Positions 27,824 through 42,496 of a stretch of DNA of 64,000 nt are shown piece by piece. A program made the translations under genes and the position numbers. Each line of letters starts with the position of its first letter. Within the stretch, counting starts at the first letter, position 1. This DNA is from Botryllus schlosseri (taxonomy: Eukaryota): the NCBI GenBank assembly GCA_051294905.1, contig CM119377.1, forward strand, positions 8,680,001-8,744,000. Direction: 5' to 3'. Below the pieces are notes generated by a model that was not told the origin of the DNA, searched no databases, and saw only the letters and a list, made by a program, of their open reading frames with translations.

Positions 27824-28095
27824 ACTAGTTTATTAGCAATTTTTATCAGTTCAATACATCACAAAATGCGATACAATGAAACGATAGGAAGGTGTCGAAT
27901 TCAAATGCGACAAAGATACAACCGACGATAGGACGCATAAAATGAGAGGCGAAGGCATCCAATGGGCCCAAACCAGTGAGAATAAGTCAATAACAGTAGT
28001 ACCTATTTATGAAACTGGAATTGTGCTTAATATGAGGCAGAAATGTTAAAAGTACATCGATATTGAGTATATTCACTATTCATGGTGTTTCGACA

Positions 28096-28680
28096 CAGGG
28101 TTGTAATGACTCGATTCATGACTCGACTCGAGTCACGATTTTCTGATGACTCGACTTGACTCGAGTCATTTTCACAAAATACGGAAATGACCCGACTCGA
28201 CTCGAGTCAATTTGTCTATTGACTCGACTTGGACTCGAGTCATTGCGCATGACTCGAACGAAGTCTTTTGACTCCAGACTCAGACGGCCAAGACCGACAT
28301 TTCATTGTAATTTCGAAGAACATTAAAGCAACCACATTATTGGGTTTACGTCTATTGGTAGTGGTAGTTGAAAATGCGACCAGAAACTACTAAAATTGAG
28401 GAAATTAGTATATTATAAATGCGAAACATTCGATATCATCAAACAAAGGTATAAAAAGTGGGTTTAACAATACTTTAACTGGAAACTGACCAGTCAACAC
28501 ATTGACTTGGACTCGGACTCGAGTCATAATAGCATGACTCGGACTCGACCCTCATCTCGGTGACTTGGACTCGGACTTGACTCGGGGGTGAATTGCAAAT
28601 GACTCGACTTGATTCGAGTTAAAACTATAAAGGTGAGATTGACTTGTGACTCGGAGCCTTGTGAGTTGGTTACAACCCTG
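28096..28680. mobile_element. hAT MITE with GACTC(G) subterminal repeats
   Basis: TIR cagggttgtaa / ttacaaccctg; perfect 8-bp TSD tttcgaca. Confidence 0.92.
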
Positions 28681-30619
28681 TTTCGACATTTATCATCCAT
28701 TCGTCATAGGTCATTTTATACCAGACCGATATCTGTTTTATGATTCCTTGAGCTGCCGCTGATTTATGGCACGGCCCACTTTCGTTTTAGGCTTTTGCAA
28801 GATACCTCCCCTGCTGATCAGGCGGGAATGATCACTGAGCAATTGAGCATCCTAGATAAACTTCCAACACTTATGGAATTAATGGTAATCCCAGGTGGAT
28901 GTGGAAAACAGAAAACAATCCCACTCTCTTCGTCAATGATCGATCCTAAGTGTAGCTTTGGAATGCGCCAGAACTGATTTGATCAGACTTTTACGAGTGA
29001 ATATATATTTACTGCCATGAGTACAAACTTCAATTCTGGCTGAACATAAAATTCTAAGTGCGTTGCCAAAACCTCGGACGATGTCAGGCGCACGGGCAGA
29101 ATTTCGACAGCAATGCTATTATAACAATACAATAGTATACTGCTCACCTCACTGTAGGCCAGGGATACCTATTACCTCCAGGGGGAGAACATGACATTGT
29201 GCTGAAGTCATATAAAGAATGAGAGCCACAAGTTCAAGCCCTCCAATAAACTGCTTCATTAAACGATTTCGTCATTTGCCGTGGATTAATCATAAAGGAG
29301 GCAAGCTTGGGATCTCCTCACGAAGACATAGGTCGTTCATATTACTGACGGTGTACGAAATTATCAATGTAAAACATGAAAGCTGGTTAGGGGATGTCCA
29401 CTCACCAATAGTTAGCCATAGGGACATTGTTGAAAACTAATCGACATCCCATTATAAACCTTACAGGATGCACGTTACACATACGCTTGTTTTGGAACTT
29501 GTTTACAGGAAGTATGGTGCATGTATATTTGACAGTGACTCCACGCAAAATTCCAAGATAGGGCCTATATGCATTTATCGAGAGGTCATGACTTATGCAT
29601 GTGGAGTTGTCATTCTCTTAGATCCAATTCTTCGATATGAAATCGAGCCCGGAAGCTCAAATCTTTTGGTGCGATTTACACTTTAATTTTGTGATGAAAT
29701 ATATTGAATTATGTATTCGGCATATTCGGCTATACGTCCTGTATTAATTCTAAGGATGTAGCCAATGGAAACGATTGCACCCAGATACCTACGCAAAACT
29801 CTAAATTTCTCAAATATTTCCATCTCAAGTAACCCCATAGCTGATATCATGTCGCCTCGATCTGATTACTCAGAGACCCAGTAACTGCCACGTTCCGCTT
29901 GTTCTTTTGTTATGATGAAAACAATTGTAGTGTGAAATAGCTTCTCTATCGGCGTGCACCTGTGTCAGGTACGTGCCGGCATTAAAATAAGTCACCCAGA
30001 AAAGCGGGGACTGCAATTACGTATGGTTGATCTCTTTGTACACAATTCCAAATATAGCAGTTAGGTTAATGCCTATATTGAGGAGCTAATGCTAAAAGTA
30101 CAGTATGTGTCTTATAAAACACGTCAAACATGGTCGAATGCTTTGTCGCGACTCACAATTTCCGAAGCCCAGTTTATTTTAAGACTTTTTCCAGGTTGAA
30201 AATGAATAATTCATAGTTTAGTCTGAAACAGATGAATTTACGGTTGAAATACCACGAGATTATTCATAATGTGGTGTCTTGACACGAGTTAAGTAGGATT
30301 CTCTGGCATTTGCGCCTAAAAGATTTATTTGATATTGCCTAATTGCATCCGCATTGGCATGAATCGACTATACGTATATGAATTTGGCGATGTGTTACCA
30401 ACAATGTGCAAACCCGCATGGAGCTGTCCTACTCAGTGGCGTACGATTAATCTATACGTAGGCATATCCTTGAGCGCCGGCCTGTAAACATACGATTGTG
30501 AGACTACCATGCAGCAACTTTTCATTCGCTCTTGAGCATACGGAAGGTGTGATGATTGAAAAACCGAACATTCTGCCTACTACCGACCAGCCAATTCCCG
30601 CGGTGCTGTTGGTTTAAAG

Positions 30620-31458
30620 AAGTGGTTCTCAATCGGGGGTCCGCGAAGCATTTTCAGGGGGTCAACGAATCCTTCAAATTTGTAAAATGGCTAATAACCT
30701 AAATCTTATTTAAAAAAAAACTCGCGAGGCATCTCACTTCGTAACTGCTGAAAATTCATAACTGACATATAAGCAGAATTGACGTCTAAGATGAAATATT
30801 CTACTGTGCAAACTTCTTTTAATTGCCAAATTGCCAATAGCCTACTGATACAAACATATTGCTGTTTAGAGATAGTTTGTGGGGTTTAGAAAAATTGTTA
30901 GCATGAATCCATTTTCTTCTTTGATATAAATATTCGCCATTTCAGAATAACTTTAGAAGGAACTGTTAGATAGAAATGACTATGCTGGAAGTTATATGTT
31001 CACTAAAAAGATGTTTACCAATTTTGGAGTTATATATGTTGCAAATTGAAATCATACCTAAAAGTGTCGCCAGAAACGCTGCGCGTTATTATTACATTCG
31101 CCACCACCTTCCTTTGTGGAAAGGGATTTTTGGCAGTCGTTTATATCAAATGTACGGCGTGGAATTTCAAGACACGACCGCGTATTTCAAGAAAATTTAG
31201 CTTCAGATTTCGTGTTGAATTAGTAAACGTCTTCCAAATTTCTACATAAATAGTAAGAAGGGTACGATGTTATTTTCAAGAATGATCATTTTTGTGCTGT
31301 TTACCATTGGCCAATACTTGTTATTTTCACAGGACAAGTGACGGTTGCAAGATAATAGAGCTAAATTTGAAGTAGAACATTGGGGGTCCATGGGGATCCG
31401 TGGGGGCCCGTGACGGTCCAAAAGGGGTCCGCGAAGACAAAAAGGTTGAGAACCACTG
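30620..31458 (+). mobile_element. Charlie/Buster-type hAT deletion derivative with a transposase C-terminal remnant
   Basis: TIR aagtggttctcaa / ttgagaaccactg; perfect TSD gtttaaag; ORF 31046-31249 contains FATTFLCGKGFLAVVYIK, matching the Charlie-family F.TTYLCE.GFS....IK motif. Confidence 0.88.
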
Positions 31459-34400
31459 GTTTAAAGTTTAATCACTGATTAATAACATACGCGCAGCTCA
31501 GTAATCAAAGAAGCGCGTGCCCTGTCTGACAAGCGGCTCCTAACCTGTGTCAATGTCGCACCCCTAAAAAAAGCTAAGGTCAAAAAGTTCATTTCCTATA
31601 CCGCTCGTTACATACGAAGCGAAAAAAGTCACACTCTACATAAGACCACACAGTGCGCACCTTTGATTTACATTCGTGTTTATTATGAGGAAACAGAAAG
31701 AGCTATAATAGGATAGTTACCGCAACAATGAAATTGCTCGCCATTCAGCACTCTCAAGCAGGGTCACATCGGCCAGCTCGGCACCGTAAATAAAGCTATC
31801 TGGTTACGTAATAAGTAAACTCATTGGCACATCGCAATACTAGGAAACTATATTTGGATGAAAGCGCCAATGAGAAGCTTCATACTGAGGTAAAAATCAG
31901 CTCTGTGTGCATGTAAATAACGAATATTCTAACGACGAACTCGTTATTCATGAAATATACCTGAATTCTCGGTCAAGTTGTCTGATTTATAGATGAAAAT
32001 TGAAGTCTACGAAAAACCATGTCGTGCACGCTCAGTGAACCTTGCGCAAAGGGTGAATATGGGAAAAATCTACGAAGTCCTATTTTCATCATAGTCTCGT
32101 CAATTATATATTTGTGACATAATGTTGTGACGTAGGCTTATTGCGCATAGGTTTGTGTCACATTGTTGTTGACAAACTTTGAAAGAACGACATGTGAATG
32201 TAACCTCTGGCCTATACAAAAAATAGGATCCGAAATTTCTAGACTAGACCATATCCGGAAGTATAACTTTCGACAAGAGAATGCAAAGTTCATAATTTCT
32301 TATTTTAGCACAAGCAGCTGTTTTTGCTGGAAGTGTACGCCATCGAATCAAAATGCAGTATCGCGCGTGCATAAATTTAGCTCATGGCGCTGAGATCGAT
32401 TTTGAATTATTCCTCTTAAACTGACGCGGACTAACGACGTACCACAACATCTATCAGTTCAATCAACAAATTTCAGGGCGATAATGCAAGAACATGCGTA
32501 AGGACACCCAATTTGGTCCCTCAAGGTATTGCATAGTTCGATATTGGCTTTCTCTGGGGACGCCCGATTATAACACGTGATAAGAGTGCATGCCAAATCT
32601 GGTCTGGTCAAAATTTGACGTTATGCTATCGTCACTTCCGACTATACTAAACTATACAAAACAGTAAACATATATCGCGTTTTCCCGATACCCAGGGATT
32701 TGGCCTTGCCGGATCCAAAATCCGGAACTAATATGCCGTTGTAATAATTTGCCGTTGTCGGTCGTATATCATAAAGAAGAACACCGGTAGATCTGCTTAC
32801 TCAGAGTCTATCAATCGGAGTTTCAAGCCGAATGTATATCACAATGTTCTGCCAATTATTCCGAATATTTGTGAATGTAAATGTGTGATTGACCAACCCA
32901 ATTTCCAAATACTGTGCACGTATATAAGCATAATACAATACATGTAAGGATGTATATCCCTAAGGCGGATCTAATGGTAGGATATCGTAGCATGTTTCAG
33001 TAACTATATTTTTCCGCTCATATTCCTACTAAAAAATAGTAATAAAATACTGCGAATTGGTTTGCTTGTTGATACGTCAATATTCAGCCCACAGCACAGC
33101 GCTTGTTGCATTCATCATATCAACAAAATAGTAGCAACGGTAGACGCCTATAAATAGACTTACATTCATTGGCGCATTATACCATGCCGCTACGACCCTT
33201 TCTCGGTAACCTAGCTAAATTCTCAACAACTAATCTCCATACCATATCATCTTCATTATTTTAACAGTACACGTGACCAGAAACAAAAAAAAGGGAAGCC
33301 CTGTTGTTTCTTCCGACAGTGACTTTGAACTCTGTTGTATGCTTTTTTTGTAACCGCTGGTAGTTTTTAAATTTCAATCATAGTGCCGTGACTTGATATA
33401 AACAAACATTATTTTTTTCACAGTGGATGCATGCATAGTAAAACAGACAAGCGACGCGAAGTAGCAACAGAGGAAAATTTCCATAAGGGATCTTAAGACA
33501 AAGTCCGTAAAAGCATGTAACGACAATTTTATTAGCAAGATTCCAAGAGCGAACCAAATGTCTAAAACCACGCTATAGCTATATCAGGATGGGTCCGGCC
33601 AGCCTAAACCCATAGAATGTCAAATTGTGTGAATCTCAGTTTACCGAACAATTTATACAGCGGCCTATCACACGCCGGGTCAATCGAACATTTCCCATGA
33701 GTCATCAAATCATCATCATCTGTTTTCTAATGGACCTGGAACAAAATTCCGCGGTCAATCTGTCGCTGAAGAGTCATAACAATGACCTTCTTTGATTGCT
33801 TTGCCCACATATCTCATATGCAGGTCAATATCATTGTGAAACGTTTGCGGGCGGTTCAACATGTGCATTCACTTCGCTGTATCCTTTTATTTAATTAGTC
33901 TAAGGATATCACCAAAGCTGCAGGATTGATACTAAAGCAAAGCACTTCATCACCAAAAAACCTTGTTTATATTCACTCCAGATCTTATCAAAAGTATTCG
34001 CACATCTTTAGCATGTCGATCTGCATTTGACAGGTAATATTTTCTAAAATTGATACAGCATTGATCGGTGTGCTAAAAAGTAATATTGAATTATTTCTCG
34101 ATTTAAATGTAGTGGTGAAGATAACGAATATTCCGCCGGTAAACTAGACGACTTGTTTTAATTCTGACACTGCGCTGTACTGAGCAACGCTTTCTGTTTC
34201 AATTTGAATTACGTTTTTCCCCAAGTCAAAGGACCCTTTTCTGCGTCCATTCGGTGAATTCAGGAACAATTATATGTACAATAAGCTTGATACGCTGCTG
34301 GAATACATGTCCGGACTACCTTGGTGACGATTACAATTTATAACATACAAGCCGAATATGGAGAGAATTCATACCAAATATAATCTTATATTATTGTCGA

Positions 34401-35039
34401 TAAAATTGTTTGAATGGCATCATTTCATTTATATAATACCCTACGGAAATATACAATTGCGAAGCGGTCAATTGCTCATTACTGAAACTTTTGCAGGTGA
34501 GTCATAAGTCCGTCGTTGCTTAGGAGTACACTGTTGATCAATGGTGGGCAACCTTCAGCGTACAAAGAGGCATTTTAACATATTTTCCATCACATAACAC
34601 AAAGCTATAGAAGCCGCGAATTCTGTGTCATCCATAAAATGACGACGACATCACTTACAGTTTCAGAGTTTCATTACGCATTTTTCAAAGTAATTACGAA
34701 ATCAGGAGTTAGATCAGTGATTTTAAACTTATTGTAGCAATCAAAATCCATCCTATACTCGGAAACGCTCGCATTACGTCTTTATCATTTAGAAAAATCC
34801 ATTGTCGTAAACGTATGCCGCTCTTATTACAATAGGAGCAACCAAACCTGAGCATTTCTGAGCAGACCGATATCATTGGTTGAAATTCAATCCAATTTGG
34901 TTCGCTGCGTTTTTGTAGGCAATATAACAGCGGTATTTGAAAATAAGGTTCTTTGAATGGCCCTATTGAACAACAACATTGTTACGAAAAATATACCAGA
35001 AGAACTTCTCTTGGAGGCACATAACTTAATATACATTTG

Positions 35040-35235
35040 AGTAATTGAATAGTATATTCATTTCAATATGAACAATGAATATACTATTCAATTGTATATT
35101 CAAGTTCTCCACCCCCAAGAAGCTCTACAATTGAATAATATATTCATATATAAATAAATCCGAAAATTTTCGGCTGACACTCGTCAGGGGTTGCTGACGA
35201 TTACCCCTGCCAAGTGTCAGCGGACAGTTTGGAAA
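35040..35235. repeat. Palindrome-rich interspersed repeat; related copy at about 42330-42437
   Basis: Shared aa.attttcggctgacactcgtcaggggt and an inverted AT-rich block caattgaat.gtatattcat. Confidence 0.65.
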
Positions 35236-38200
35236 TGACATCAAAAAGTGATATAATATTTCTGTACAATTACTCATAGACGCTTACTTTCAACGCCACG
35301 AAGAGCCGTAGCAGAGGCATATGAACGAGCTGGACGCAACTCGTGAGTTGCGAGTCACCAATGACAGTACGATAGATCGCTCTTGTGCCATTGTTATGAG
35401 ATAACGTATTTTAAACTTAGCATTAAAACAACACGGTCATTATATATACGCTATATTTACGGTATTCGGAAAACTGTAGCACTGTCACGACAATGCATAC
35501 CCTCGTGATGTATTCAGGGAGGCTTGTCTGTATCCTCTGGGGAGCAAATATACACGGGTTACAAAAAGAATCACGGGTGTAATCAATTCATCTTATTGAC
35601 AATTGTATATATATTTAAAACATGAGTGGACACTGGACAGTACGGCTACCAGGCCTGGTGTATCCTATCATTATCATCGTCAGCGACTCCAAGGTTAACG
35701 TTAATTCACCCTGTCAAATATAGTGTGGTCATACTTTGCCGGAGGATTCCTGACACACATATTCAAATTCAGTTGTGATGACGTTGCATCTATCTACCGA
35801 TCGAGTTCATAACATCGTCCGAGTATGATTGATCGTAGATTAAACTTGTACTCTGCCATTTACCAGACAAAATCATACTCTTGAAGTGTTAGACCTATCC
35901 GGCTTTGTTATGCATATATGTTTTTCTGCAATGACATCAAAACGAGCCGTGTATATACGCCAAGCAATAGCAGTACATCATATTTACCGCGATTAAATAA
36001 ATTATATTTTACCGAGGTACTCGGACACATAAATATTGATGAGAGCGCATCAGAGCGATATATGTTTAAACTAGTCCCGACTGTACGGGAACTTTGCGCA
36101 TTATAGATGGACAGATATTTTGCGGAAAGAATAACAGTTTACTGTGGAATCGATTTCCTGTCAGGTCACGGAGAATCTCGACATGGATTTTGGACGGAAA
36201 AATTCAGAGTACTAACATTTTCCGAAGCGTGCCTAACAAGCCGTTCGCTGTAGCGAGTTGCGTTCGGCATGCCAGGTGACATTTAACATGACATTGTCCT
36301 AATGCTTTTGTTTCGACTGTTCCCGGAGCAGCCGTTGTTTGATAAACATCTCCGTGATTCGCATAATTAAAATCCGAGTTCAATGCCGCAATGTAAAGAC
36401 TCCGAACCCGAAATGGTACTGTTATGAAATTGATTTTTTGGAAAGGGGCGAATTCAATAGCATCGCGAAAAATGTAGCGTGGCGCGCAACAGCGTAACGA
36501 AGTATCATAAGTACAGATAACAAATTTCAGACCGATCTCTTAATGTTGATACGTTGTAACCTGAATTGTCTATATGTTCACCATGCCGTCGATTGTAAAT
36601 CTTATTCCCGGCAGTATATGACACGGTAAACAACATTCATTTTCATAGCAGTTGTGTAAATGTACCAAATACACTCATTCTCATGATGCTTTATCCTTGG
36701 GGTGAAGTGGTTTGCACTGAATTTAGTCTTAGAAGGGTTTTATTGGTTCAAGTATTCGGTGCTGAAAGTATATAAACTTTGTTCAGATGAATTCAGCCTT
36801 ACCCTTCACCCTCGATTTGAGGTCATTAATTTTAAAGTTAAGTTGTGCACCATATGTGACAGTTCTAGTTAACTTTAGTTTACTACAATCGACGTATCAA
36901 TGATAACTGTGGTAAGTGTGGTATGGGAATCAAATGGTAAATTGTCATTCATTTTAATACCCAGGAGAGATCGTAGACCTCGCTAAAGGACTTACGAAAA
37001 TAAGCTTTATAATGTGTCTCAAGCACACATCTCTCAAACGCCTTCTTTACCAGATTAAACTTTAATTAGTACTTGAGCCAATCATAAATAAGGATTATCG
37101 CTAATCCAACAAACATCTCGATACGGATAGCATTCACTCGTAATTAACTCGCGCAGCATTTACAGAAATGGTCATCGTGACCATGGGAAATTTTACATAT
37201 CGATTATGTAATTGTTGTTGTTTGAGGCGATTCTGCAGAAATAATAACTCAATTTGGAGAGTATGACACGGATATACTCGAAGTCGAGCGTAAATATCTA
37301 TCGAATGTTTTGCAAATGAGTAGCACTCAACATGGAGACATAACGTCATTCTCCATATAAGCATCATCTCAAGATTTTTGATTTGTGTTTCAGTTTGCCA
37401 GATACACGCCGTGATACGGCGAAAGACACGGGTTGTGAACATACGATCGGTTGAGCATGCGACACAATAACATGAGCATAAGTACTTGCGCATGTCGGTT
37501 AAACGCAGGGCTGGGGTTGCGTTAGTGTTAGATTTAGGGTAAATTTCGGAGTTAAGGTAGTTGGGGGGTTATATAGTTGCATGATGGACTAGTGTCGCAT
37601 GCTCAACTGACGTTTTTTACTGAGTCGCATGTTCAAATGTCTGGCAGTTGCAAGAGACATTCAAGAACTATACGTGTGGTATCATCAGGACCATAGCAAG
37701 ATATGTAGGCCTGGTAACAGTCACATTTGCGATTCCTCATAAGTCATAACCGTCTAGCGTGTTGTAGGCTACACAAAGTATACCATAATTTCCAGTACAA
37801 GCAAAGCTGTATTAAAATCACATACATGCAAGAGATCAGCTGTTGATTGATATATTTTCTCTCTAATTCCTTCTAGAGGCCAAAGTGGCATCTTCAATTT
37901 GGAATTAAACCCAACGCCATCCTGGTTTGAACTTTATCATTAATTCATTAGCCACTTATGATTAGGTGTCAAACCCGAATTTGCGGAGGAACTACAAATC
38001 GAGTATTTGTCGTAAGTTGGTTCACAGTAGACGTCTAGATCGTGGGAAACCTTTCGTATAAAGATAAGATATTCCATCTTTCACAATAATATTGTAATTA
38101 ACGACGCATCTCATATTTTGAAGGATGTTGACAATCTTCTGGTAACATACGTGTTTAGTTTTAGACTTCACGCGATAAAGAGTGAGTGCCTGCCCAGTGC

Positions 38201-41200
38201 CCATACATCCGACTTTCTACTGCAAGAGGAGTATGTTCATCGTTCACATAAGTGATTATTATAATAAATGCAAATCATCTATGCTTACTACGTTATATTT
38301 TGGATCGTATCATCGGCAAATGATATCCCAACTGTACTCCTGCAGGTCGAGGGCAAAACAATCCTTTACATGCAGATTGAAAAGATCTTCATAGTTTAAG
38401 ATATGCATGCGGTGATAATGATGTAGCATTCACAAATAAAGCCAGGGTGGCTTCGTAAGGAGAATGCCAGTCAGTCTCGCATAAATCGCAATTTTGACTC
38501 CTACCTAAAAGCAAAATGTGCACACCACTCGACGTCATTATATATATCGATTATATTGACGAATGGTGCAATCATACCGATTGACTTATTCACACACTCG
38601 ATAATGTGTGACCAACGAATTACAAATCATATCAATTTTTAACGCGATCACTACGTATGTTGAAGAAAAGTTATTTGTCATCTCAAGCACCGTTAGATAA
38701 TCGTTCCTACATTTTAAATTTCAAGATAATAGCTTTTGAATTCGCTGCACTGCGTCCATAAAATTTACCATAGCTATATCGTTTTATAATTCAGTAGCGT
38801 AAATACCCATTTCTGCATGTGATATGTCTTAAATATATCTGGATTACTGAACCCATAGTAACGCATTGTCGGATATTATTTGCATAAATCATTGAATATG
38901 ATCTGTAGATAAGTCCCTACGACCTATACACACATATTACCGATACAAATGAGTATCGTCTATAGTCAATAGATATAGTGCATCGATTCAATCCCTTTCA
39001 ATAAAGTTTCATGTTATCGAGCTCATTCTGCAATACCTCGCTATTTTCCCTGCGGTTCGTTGCATATACCTCGGAAACATTACATTGTTCTAGCACATAT
39101 CTACCAATTTTCCACGAGCTACAGAGAAAGAGCATGTCAATCATTTCGCTAAGTTTACTTTATGCTGACTCCCAGATAAGACTCGGCGAGTATGTAGGTT
39201 TTAACACTGCCGTGAATTCGCGTTCAAAGAGTAGTGTGATTATATCACCTTCCGGTGTGAATTAAACACTCCACTTTCGAGTCTAATCTATTTTTCTAAA
39301 CGCCACCATACCGGTCTATTAGCCATAGTTCAGGTGTTTTTAATCTGACTTTGTTTGTATTGCGACAAATGTAGGAGACATTCACATTTAGACGCGGCGA
39401 GGTGTTAGGTATTGGATTTAGTGTGGTCGTATTTGACACGAAACCTTCAATATCATTCGATCGAATATTTAACTGCCATTCGATATTTGGTATAGTAAAT
39501 TAAATAATATAATCATACTTTATAGTAAATACCGTAGCAAAAAGTTTCTGTCGCACTGCTGCGTGATATGCTTGGAATCTACGACTTTGAGGAATAGTCT
39601 GTATGAACCGAATATAAGATTATAAATTCGGCGTCTATAGTCGCCAGGTGGCTCTGTTTGGCTTATCATTGTGCGACTCGTCTTAAAAATCCTGATGGAT
39701 CGAAAGTTGAGTCAACGATAGATTTAATGTTTTTTTAGTTGGTGTTATGCCGGTGCCTGTACTTCATTGTGATCATTTTGTATCGAATCTACCTATTTAT
39801 AAGCAATAAACGTTCTTCCCGACCATTGAAAGCCTTATTCGCACTTCCTTTGTATATTACCTCTCTATCCAGTGATTGACCAATGACCGCTTGACCAGTC
39901 GCTAGTACAGTCGGAACGGGACTTGTCACACCGACCACCGGGTCTGAAGCTGTACGTACACCCTTGCCAATTGTAAATATTTCAGAAAATAAAGGACTTT
40001 GATATGTCATAGCCATCCATCTTACACAGCTCGCATTTATCGGCACACCACGTTAGCTTGTATATGACGTCGTGACGATGATTTTAGCAAGATTGGTGAC
40101 GAGTAAGTAGTGATATGTTCCAGCACCGCATCACAAACAGGTTCACAGTCCGTTTGCGAATGTCGGCAGATTATCTACATCGTCTCAGCCACGCCACCCG
40201 ATCCGCATAAACATAGAAGTAGGTTTTGCCGCTTACTGTAACTTTCACAGGTGGTAATGTTTTTATAGACTATACTTTCACTTTGAAGGTATAGTTTTTT
40301 TAAGGCGCGAGACGACATACTTTTACATTATGGATGTGGCAAAGCAGAAGGTAGTTTTGGAATAAGCTTGCATAACTCTTATGATTCGAATTGTCATGAC
40401 CAGCAGCTCCAACTTCCCCTGACTCGCGGGATCCGATATATATATCGAAAATTGTGCTTACATTTCAGGTGGGGAGGAACTAGGTTTGATATGTCTGACA
40501 GTGCTACCGCCATACTTTTAGTTGAGTAGAAATTTACAGGGTTACGTCTACTTCACTTGAGTAGCAACACTGTCAACTTGGAGAGTGACCCCCTCTCGCA
40601 ATATGATCAGAATTGTGTGGAATGTAGAACACGTCAGAGACGCTCAGAAAGTCCTGCGACGCCGCCGCCAGCAGTGCAACGTAACTATACTTATCATGTC
40701 AATCTCGAAATCCAATGAATTAATATAACACGCTATCGATTAGAGAGATTCAATGCGAGGTGCTGGCGCCTAATAACAAAGATGTTGCTACAAGCAAAAG
40801 AAATATGCGCGGGCTCATGCGTCCGTGACATATCATTCCGTCAAATGATTTCGCGCACTCATTGTTTTCATGGAACCCGCGTGAGCGCACGGATGACGTC
40901 AGACTGCCTACTTTCGTCCATACAGCCGCGTAGAGTTCCCGTATTAATACAAAATTCATGAGTATGGATCACAATCGTTCAACAAGCAGCTTAGCAGCTT
41001 CCAATCGATTGAGGAAAATTGCGGAAAATTGAATTACAATCTCAACATTCACGCGAAACTATGTCATTTCCGTCGCCCGACATACCTGCCTTCAACAAAA
41101 CATTTTTTCCGGGCGACGAAATGAGATGCAAAATAAATGAAAATTCTGATTAAATTATCGATGGCCGTGTTTAAAATCATTGCGGCAGGTAATAGAGCCG

Positions 41201-42496
41201 TTCGAAACTTAAGATTTGCAAACGAACCGTTTGCCATAAAGATCAGTCACGGGATTGAGTGATTGTAAAGCAACGGGTCGCACAAAAACAGTGCCTTACT
41301 ATGATTCATACATGGAACATAAGTTAAACATCCAAGTTCATAACGAAGCTTTGTAAAATTTGATCCAGGCCAATTCTACTTCTATGGACGTAATTCATGC
41401 TAAACACTATATTCGAAACTCTAAGGGATACGTACATGAATTCAAAACACATTGTATTCCTTGCCCCAATGCTCACACTCATGTATAACTGTCATCAGTA
41501 CTGCGTCGTGATGACTAACAGGATAATATTTGTTAGACTATACTTCATAATCACTTCGCAATACCATCCTCCGGTATATAGACTCACGTCCTCTCAACCA
41601 GTCGAGCCGATTTCTCGATATCTATCTCAACCAATACGCAATTGCAGCTTCTACACGGCACGAAATGTAACATTTATCACAATCGGTAATATACGAAGCA
41701 CCGATCTATTGAGATTGAAACCTATACCAATCCTGGCCGTCGTATCGCATCAAGGCTCAATATCCTCACATCAGCATACATACAGCAATGGTTGTATACT
41801 GTGCTAAACCTGCTTTGAAAGCAATATTGAAGAGTTGAGAATTAGGTTTTATAATTCCTGTTATGGTGAATCATTTATTGTCTTTCACTGAACATATCAC
41901 CAAGACAGAAACGTCTAACGAATCGGCGTATTCCTTCATTCAGAGACCACGTACTTATACTGCAGATATTTGTATGTTTCTTACATTACGACAAGGTAAC
42001 ATTGATCTTGTATAATATATGAATATTCCACTCTTAATTTACGAAAAGTCTTATAGTCGGATTCGCGTTATTCCGCATAAAAATTATCTTGATATATATT
42101 GAAAAGATTAAACAATTGTTCCTGAGTCCCACGAAAAAATACCGAGTATTTATGTGTTGTGGTTTAGCCATATCCTTTCACATGCATAAGGCCCGTTATT
42201 TGTGAATAATTCATTGCTAATGCATCTCGTAGTTTTCCTCGCCCACATCCGAAAATGAATCGCGCGAAGTATATATATGTACGGACTTTGCTCAAGTCTG
42301 AGTTTTCCAGATAACGTACGCGAAAGAGCTTTTTGGAGTTACAGAACTTCAATATACAATTGAATGGTATATTCATATTGAAATGAACCCGAATATTTTC
42401 GGCTGACACTCGTCAGGGGTAATCGTCAGCAACTAGCAGAGAATTGGAAATAACATTGGATATCAATAATCGTATCTCGAAATATGACCTCACCAG

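Noticed and set aside
28096-28680. CRISPR-like appearance of short repeated motifs (also at 42497-42660, 44620-44783, 58929-59030)
   Set aside because: The motifs are 5-7 bp with irregular spacing and lie inside TIR/TSD-bounded elements in eukaryotic DNA. They are transposon subterminal repeats.
40750-40830. Signal-peptide-like MSPRIFLLLVATSLLLGASTSH
   Set aside because: It stops immediately and has no donor site. Hydrophobic short ORFs are expected by chance in AT-rich DNA.
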